Below, piece by piece: positions 59,672 to 64,000 of a stretch of DNA of 64,000 nt (position 1 is the stretch's first letter; each line of letters starts with the position of its first letter). The notes below the pieces were generated by a model that searched no databases, was not told the origin of the DNA, and saw only the letters and a program-made list of their open reading frames with translations. The stretch covers positions 224,001 through 288,000 of the forward strand of contig JAZIGN010000001.1 in NCBI GenBank assembly GCA_036679065.1, written 5' to 3'. This stretch comes from Coprothermobacterota bacterium (GTDB taxonomy: Bacteria > Coprothermobacterota > Coprothermobacteria > Coprothermobacterales > Coprothermobacteraceae). The translations under genes and the position numbers were made by a program.

Positions 59672-60217
59672 GATTTCACCCCCCAGTAGAAATATTATAC
59701 AGGTAACAAACGACTGAAAACTGTAACGACGTAATAAATTACTATCATTATGCAACAAAACTGACGTTCTTTTTAAATAAGTCAAGTCCTTTTAGCTGTA
59801 TTAGTACTCCCTTCGCTCAAATCAAACTAGTGAATGGCAGATCGGCTTCTAGAGCGTTAATTTGTAAGTCTCTTAGGGAAGAATTATTCTTGGTCTGAGA
59901 ATCTCCGACACAAAAATGCTCGTCTTTCATTTCTGCGCCCGATCACACGGGAGTAAACTTCAAATGCAGCTGTAGAAGGGATATGCCAGCATTTGAACAC
60001 GTAGTATCCGACCCTACCAACTGTAGAAAAACTAAACCGAGTACTTGATTTGTTTACGTTGTAATTTACTATCCGGGCGACATAAGGATGCACGATAATA
60101 CTGCCTTTGTGTTGGTGCAATTTAGGTTGTAAAGTTCTATGACACACACCATTCAGATGGCAACTAGCTCAGTTGGGATTTGAGGCGCCAACAAATGCTC
60201 AGCGATAACTGTGCGTG

Positions 60218-60421
60218 TTACTCTTCAAAGATGAATATCTCTTCTAGGGGTGCGTTTACAGCTTTTGCAATGTCCATGGCAAGCTTTAGGGAAGGGTTGT
60301 ACTTACCAGCTTCTAAACGCACTATGGTTTCCCTGCGCACATGTACCATGTTTGCTAATTCTTCTTGGGTTAACCCAGCTAATTGTCTGTATTTCTTAAG
60401 GTTGCATATGAACTTTGCCAT
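60218..60421 (-). CDS. XRE-family helix-turn-helix regulator
   Basis: LK.YR...[27 protein letters not shown]. Confidence 0.93.
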   Translation of the reverse strand: MAKFICNLKKYRQLAGLTQEELANMVHVRRETIVRLEAGKYNPSLKLAMDIAKAVNAPLEEIFIFEE

Positions 60422-60433
60422 AGGAAAGCCTAC

Positions 60434-60808
60434 TCAACGCTTCTCCAAATTGTAGAGTTTTATTCCATAGGTAGTGATCAATGATGCGTAGCATATAGCC
60501 ACAAGCCCAACGGAAATGTGTCCCAGAATCGCTGCTGGGAAATACAATGACATTATCAAGTTTATGAGGAAGAAGATCGTTACTTCAACTATTGCCACAT
60601 CGAAGGCAAACGCTTTTGCTGCTCTTACGTCTTCATAATAACGTTCGTCGAGCACACTGGTGTCTATCCGAGCAACGAAGAAGTTAGCCAAGAAAGCAAA
60701 AAATGCAAAATAGCTAAGATATGAAGGATCATGGGTTGAGAAGTAGTTTAAACCAATTAGACCAAACAAACTGAAAAACCCAAAAAGGAAATTCACACGT
60801 TTTGACAT
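60434..60808 (-). CDS. small membrane protein (DUF3796-like)
   Basis: TM helices, DERY......A motif; SD AGGAGG; co-oriented with the XRE gene. Confidence 0.75.
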   Translation of the reverse strand: MSKRVNFLFGFFSLFGLIGLNYFSTHDPSYLSYFAFFAFLANFFVARIDTSVLDERYYEDVRAAKAFAFDVAIVEVTIFFLINLIMSLYFPAAILGHISVGLVAICYASLITTYGIKLYNLEKR

Positions 60809-60847
60809 AGTTTTCCTCCTTTAGAAAGTGCAGTGGCCGTCTACTTA

Positions 60848-60863
60848 GTGATAATTATATCAC
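60848..60863. promoter_or_regulatory. palindromic operator overlapping the minus-strand extended -10 (TGaTATAAT)
   Basis: GTGATA-ATTA-TATCAC inverted repeat upstream of the membrane-protein/XRE operon. Confidence 0.6.
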
Positions 60864-60905
60864 ATCACATTGGAGATACAGCAGAAGTAACAAATCATTT
60901 TTTGT

Positions 60906-61796
60906 TTAAGCTCTTTTAAGCATGTAAGGTTTGCCTTCAAGTTTTTGAGTAAACTTTACCTGGTTAATGACAAGTTCCACGATATCAGCGGGGAATAGCT
61001 GCTTTAAGTCTTCAGCTGTTTTGCCTTCCTCCAAGCCCGCAAGTATTTGATCCAAAGTTTCATAGTTGACTCCGAGAGAATACTCATCGGTAATACCAGG
61101 AATGAGATCGGGGCTGGGTGGTCTATTCCTTATGTCCTCTGGCACTGAAAGGTATTCGCTCAGCTGCCTTACTTCGGTCTTGTAGAGGTGGGCGATGGGC
61201 GCCACGTCACACACGTCGTCACCGTACTTAACGTAGAAGCCGATTAGTCTTTCAGACAAGTTTGTGCACCCCACTAATGAGTAATCGTTTTTCTCAGCGT
61301 AATAGTACAAGGTTGCCATTCTTACTCTGTGTTTTATCCTGTAATAGGCAATTCCTTCATAGAAATAAGGTAGCTGTGTGGGCGGTTCTTCCCACTGTGC
61401 AAAGAAAACCGGTTTGTTAAGTTTTTTTGTGTAGTCGTTGTAAAAACGTCTTACGATGGATTCTTTAAGCCCTCTGGTAGGCAACAGAAACAATGGCATG
61501 TCCTTGTAGACTCCGAGATGCCTTAGCAGTGGGGTCATGGATATGATTTTATAAGGTACCTTCTCTTGCTCTAGAAGCGAGCGGGCCAAAGTAGTTGACT
61601 TCTTCTCTGTATCTCTGTCTGGTAGTATCAAGCCAAGGACATTTTCCTTGCCAACAGCTCGCACTAGAAGCTTAAGTACCACTGCGGAGTCCAAACCTCC
61701 GCTTACTCCGATGACGTAGCCGTGCTTCCTCTCACTCACCAGCGCTTCACGGAGAAAATGTTCAATTCTCTGCGTTTCTTCCATGGCTGAGTTCAT
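60906..61796 (-). CDS. nadE: ammonia-dependent NAD(+) synthetase (second NadE)
   Basis: GVSGGLDSAV, K.R.RM..LY..A, N.SE..G...KYGD, PIA.LYKT.V, PPSPDL.PG.TDE; no glutaminase domain. Confidence 0.9.
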   Translation of the reverse strand: MNSAMEETQRIEHFLREALVSERKHGYVIGVSGGLDSAVVLKLLVRAVGKENVLGLILPDRDTEKKSTTLARSLLEQEKVPYKIISMTPLLRHLGVYKDMPLFLLPTRGLKESIVRRFYNDYTKKLNKPVFFAQWEEPPTQLPYFYEGIAYYRIKHRVRMATLYYYAEKNDYSLVGCTNLSERLIGFYVKYGDDVCDVAPIAHLYKTEVRQLSEYLSVPEDIRNRPPSPDLIPGITDEYSLGVNYETLDQILAGLEEGKTAEDLKQLFPADIVELVINQVKFTQKLEGKPYMLKRA

Positions 61797-61866
61797 AACA
61801 CAATTATAGTTATGCTATGGTCTATTTGAGTAGTAATTCAGCTTTGCTTATGAGTTCTTAGGTTTG

Positions 61867-61895
61867 TTGACAGCTGATTTAACATGTGATACTAT
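61867..61895 (+). promoter_or_regulatory. sigma70 promoter of the tRNA-Lys-Lys-Leu-tig-clpP unit
   Basis: TTGACA, 17-bp spacer, TGaTACTAT. Confidence 0.85.
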
Positions 61896-61906
61896 TTAAA
61901 TGTTCG

Positions 61907-61982
61907 GGGCCCGTAGCTCAGGAGGCAGAGCACCGGCCTTTTAAGCCGGGAGTCGCAGGTTCGAATCCTGCCGGGCTCACCA
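61907..61982 (+). tRNA. tRNA-Lys(TTT)
   Basis: CCGGC-CT-TTT-AA-GCCGG; CCA. Confidence 0.97.
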
Positions 61983-61984
61983 GT

Positions 61985-62060
61985 GGGCCGTTAGCTCAAC
62001 AGGTAGAGCAACGGACTCTTAATCCGTGGGTTGCAGGTTCGAGTCCTGTACGGCCCACCA
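61985..62060 (+). tRNA. tRNA-Lys(CTT)
   Basis: ACGGA-CT-CTT-AA-TCCGT; CCA. Confidence 0.97.
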
Positions 62061-62068
62061 AAATGGGT

Positions 62069-62154
62069 GCGAAGGTGGCGGAACTGGCAGACGCGCTGGA
62101 CTTAGGATCCAGTGGGCTAAACCCGTGCGGGTTCAAATCCCGCCCTTCGCACCA
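62069..62154 (+). tRNA. tRNA-Leu(TAG)
   Basis: CTGGA-CT-TAG-GA-TCCAG; long variable arm; CCA. Confidence 0.97.
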
Positions 62155-62210
62155 TTTTTTATTAGTGGTAGCGAAATACTAGACAGTAATCAAGTTGAGG
62201 AGGTCTGACG

Positions 62211-63410
62211 ATGAATTTGAACAAAATCTCTTCTGTGGAAGTGTCTGTTGAGGAAACATACGAGGGAGAGCAGTTTCAGAACATTGAGAATAAAACACTA
62301 GAAAAACTTGCGCGTAGTGTTCAAATCCCTGGTTTTAGAAAAGGGAAAGCACCAGTTAACTTGGTAAGAAATTATGTAAACCAAAGTTACCTCCAAGAAA
62401 TGCTAGTGGATGAAATCGTAGACGATGTACTTCGCAGCGTAGCTTCAGAGTTAGAAGCGCCCGTGTACAAGGTTCATGTAAAAGAATCAAGTATTGAAGA
62501 GCAAAAAGCTTACATCAAAATGGTGATTGAGTTGCTACCACAACCAAGGTTTGATGACATTGATTTTTCTAAGCTTCCTCCTTACGAAGAACCCAAGGTA
62601 ACTGAGGAAGAAATTGAAGATGTAGTAGACCATTTACTGGAAGATCAGTCCGTAATAAGAAGCGTTGAAGTGGAGAAGCCTGAAGACGGCTATCTTGCCG
62701 AGATTGAATGGGCTCTTTTGGATGAACAAGGCAATCCCTTGAAACCTAGAAGAACCACTATTGAGATTGGTAAAGAAGAGTTCTTAGAAGGAACTGATGA
62801 TTTGCTAAAGAGCATGACTGTGGGAGAAGAGAAAACCATGGCAACCCCTGATGGGGAATCCCAAATACGTATAAAGCTGCTTGATATAAAGGGAAAAGTA
62901 AAACCTGAACTAACTGACGAACTGGCAGCTGATTTGGGCTTCGAAAATGTAGAGAACTTAAGAAAAGCTGCTGAAGAAGAGATTAGAAGATATAAACTGG
63001 ATCAGTACGTAGATGAGTGGCTGAATAATGTTTTAGATGACATTGCGGAGCAGCTGGAGATTCAGCTTCCACCATCCATGATAGAAGATGAGTATGAGCA
63101 TCGCTATGAAGAGTTTATTAACATGCTTGAAAACAGTGGTTTGAACTTAGAATCTTATGCTTCACAAGTGCAGAAAACCCCTGATGAGGTCTTAACAGAA
63201 ATCCGCGAGAATGTAACGAAGTCTCTGAAACGTTATTTCGTACTAGAGTTCTTAAAGAGTGCCTTAGGCATAGAAGCGGATGAAGCTGAGGTTAATGAAT
63301 ACTTGAAAACCCGTCAGGGTATAAATAGACAAGAAGCTCGTTACAATGTAGAGCTGGAGAAACTTATTGAAGTATTGAAGGAGAAAGTTTCGGCAAACAA
63401 GGAGGTTTGA
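62211..63410 (+). CDS. tig: trigger factor
   Basis: IPGFRKGKAP ribosome-binding signature; tRNA-Leu-tig-clpP synteny. Confidence 0.92.
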   Translation: MNLNKISSVEVSVEETYEGEQFQNIENKTLEKLARSVQIPGFRKGKAPVNLVRNYVNQSYLQEMLVDEIVDDVLRSVASELEAPVYKVHVKESSIEEQKAYIKMVIELLPQPRFDDIDFSKLPPYEEPKVTEEEIEDVVDHLLEDQSVIRSVEVEKPEDGYLAEIEWALLDEQGNPLKPRRTTIEIGKEEFLEGTDDLLKSMTVGEEKTMATPDGESQIRIKLLDIKGKVKPELTDELAADLGFENVENLRKAAEEEIRRYKLDQYVDEWLNNVLDDIAEQLEIQLPPSMIEDEYEHRYEEFINMLENSGLNLESYASQVQKTPDEVLTEIRENVTKSLKRYFVLEFLKSALGIEADEAEVNEYLKTRQGINRQEARYNVELEKLIEVLKEKVSANKEV

Positions 63411-63413
63411 TTA

Positions 63414-64000
63414 ATGAGTCCACTCATACCCTATGTTATTGAGCAAACGCCACGTGGTGAGCGTGGTTACGATATATACTCAAGGCTACTAAGAGACAGA
63501 ATTGTGTTCATAAACGGTGAGATTGAGCCAGAAATGGCAGGAGTTGTCATAGCACAGCTACTATTCTTGGAAGCAGAAGACCCAAAAAGAGATATATATG
63601 TGTACATTAATTCACCTGGTGGCATTGTCACCGATGGTTTAGCTATTTATGACACCATGCAGTACATCGAGCCCGATGTGGTAACCATGTGTATTGGACA
63701 GGCAGCAAGCATGGCTGCAATCCTTTTAGCTGCCGGTACGAAAGGTAAAAGGTTCGCACTTCCTAATTCTCGGATTCTCTTGCACCAACCCATGGGAGGA
63801 GTGCAAGGGCAAGTGACTGACGTGGAAATACAGGCAAAGGAATTAGTAAGGATTAAGCAAAGGATAAATGAGATTCTAAGTGTACATACAGGTCAACCAA
63901 TTGACAGAATATTGGAGGACACGGACAGAGATTTCATACTGACTCCGGATGAAGCCGTTCAATATGGTGTCATAGATCAAGTCATAACTAAGCGTATTAG
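63414..64000 (+). CDS. clpP: ATP-dependent Clp protease proteolytic subunit (runs off the window end)
   Basis: hand translation: [30 protein letters not shown]...YINSPGG...GQAASM...HQP...DRD; no stop before 64000. Confidence 0.96.
   Translation, partial: MSPLIPYVIEQTPRGERGYDIYSRLLRDRIVFINGEIEPEMAGVVIAQLLFLEAEDPKRDIYVYINSPGGIVTDGLAIYDTMQYIEPDVVTMCIGQAASMAAILLAAGTKGKRFALPNSRILLHQPMGGVQGQVTDVEIQAKELVRIKQRINEILSVHTGQPIDRILEDTDRDFILTPDEAVQYGVIDQVITKRI

Larger units (their letters stand above)
51584..60200. mobile_element. putative defence/genomic island at the 3' end of tRNA-Arg(TCG); no integrase, right border uncertain
   Basis: starts right after a tRNA; long AT-rich intergenic spacers; R-M and HEPN cargo; strand switches unlike the flanking core. 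Confidence 0.65.

Noticed and set aside
59731..59758. dif/pdif-like site (TTATGCAAC arm)
   Set aside because: No matching XerC arm; poor fit to the 11-6-11 consensus
60181..60195. GGCGCCAAC as attR duplicate of the tRNA-Arg(TCG) 3' end
   Set aside because: Only about 8 bp of identity, too short to support
61886..62208. ORFs 61886..62182 and 62026..62208
   Set aside because: Read-through of tRNA-Lys/Lys/Leu sequences

Overview
Compact, mostly + strand bacterial chromosome segment of about 45% GC. The gene content fits an anaerobic, peptide-fermenting thermophile; a Coprothermobacter-like source is my inference and was not verified. Housekeeping runs are tRNA-Leu/AIR-synthase-like, fdx-rpsT-fdx, dcd-glmU-prs-rplY-pth-mfd-hisS-aspS, a degenerate anti-sigma plus SigB/F-type sigma, type IV pilus/competence ATPases with PilC, efp-nusB-dxs-nadK-recN, buk-ptb-buk-VOR/KOR, xerD-deoB-punA-pdp, cca, trpS, der, murC, a large SLH nucleotidase, nadE, tig and a partial clpP. 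There are 9 tRNA genes. Two non-routine regions stand out. (1) 38.6-43 kb is a triplicated cmk-plsC fusion array. Its Cmk halves are almost identical but it carries two different acyltransferase modules. In the middle copy, 328 bp are replaced by a 456-bp AT-rich foreign multi-gene fragment that has no transposase or integrase. A deletion/frameshift-disrupted ispH follows directly. (2) 51.6-61.8 kb is a tRNA-Arg-anchored defence island with a type I R-M system, a convergent ApeA-like HEPN RNase gene, an orphan wHTH-like gene, an XRE/membrane pair and a second NAD synthetase. No CRISPR array, rRNA or IS element was seen. All family assignments come from motif recognition only, with no database searches.
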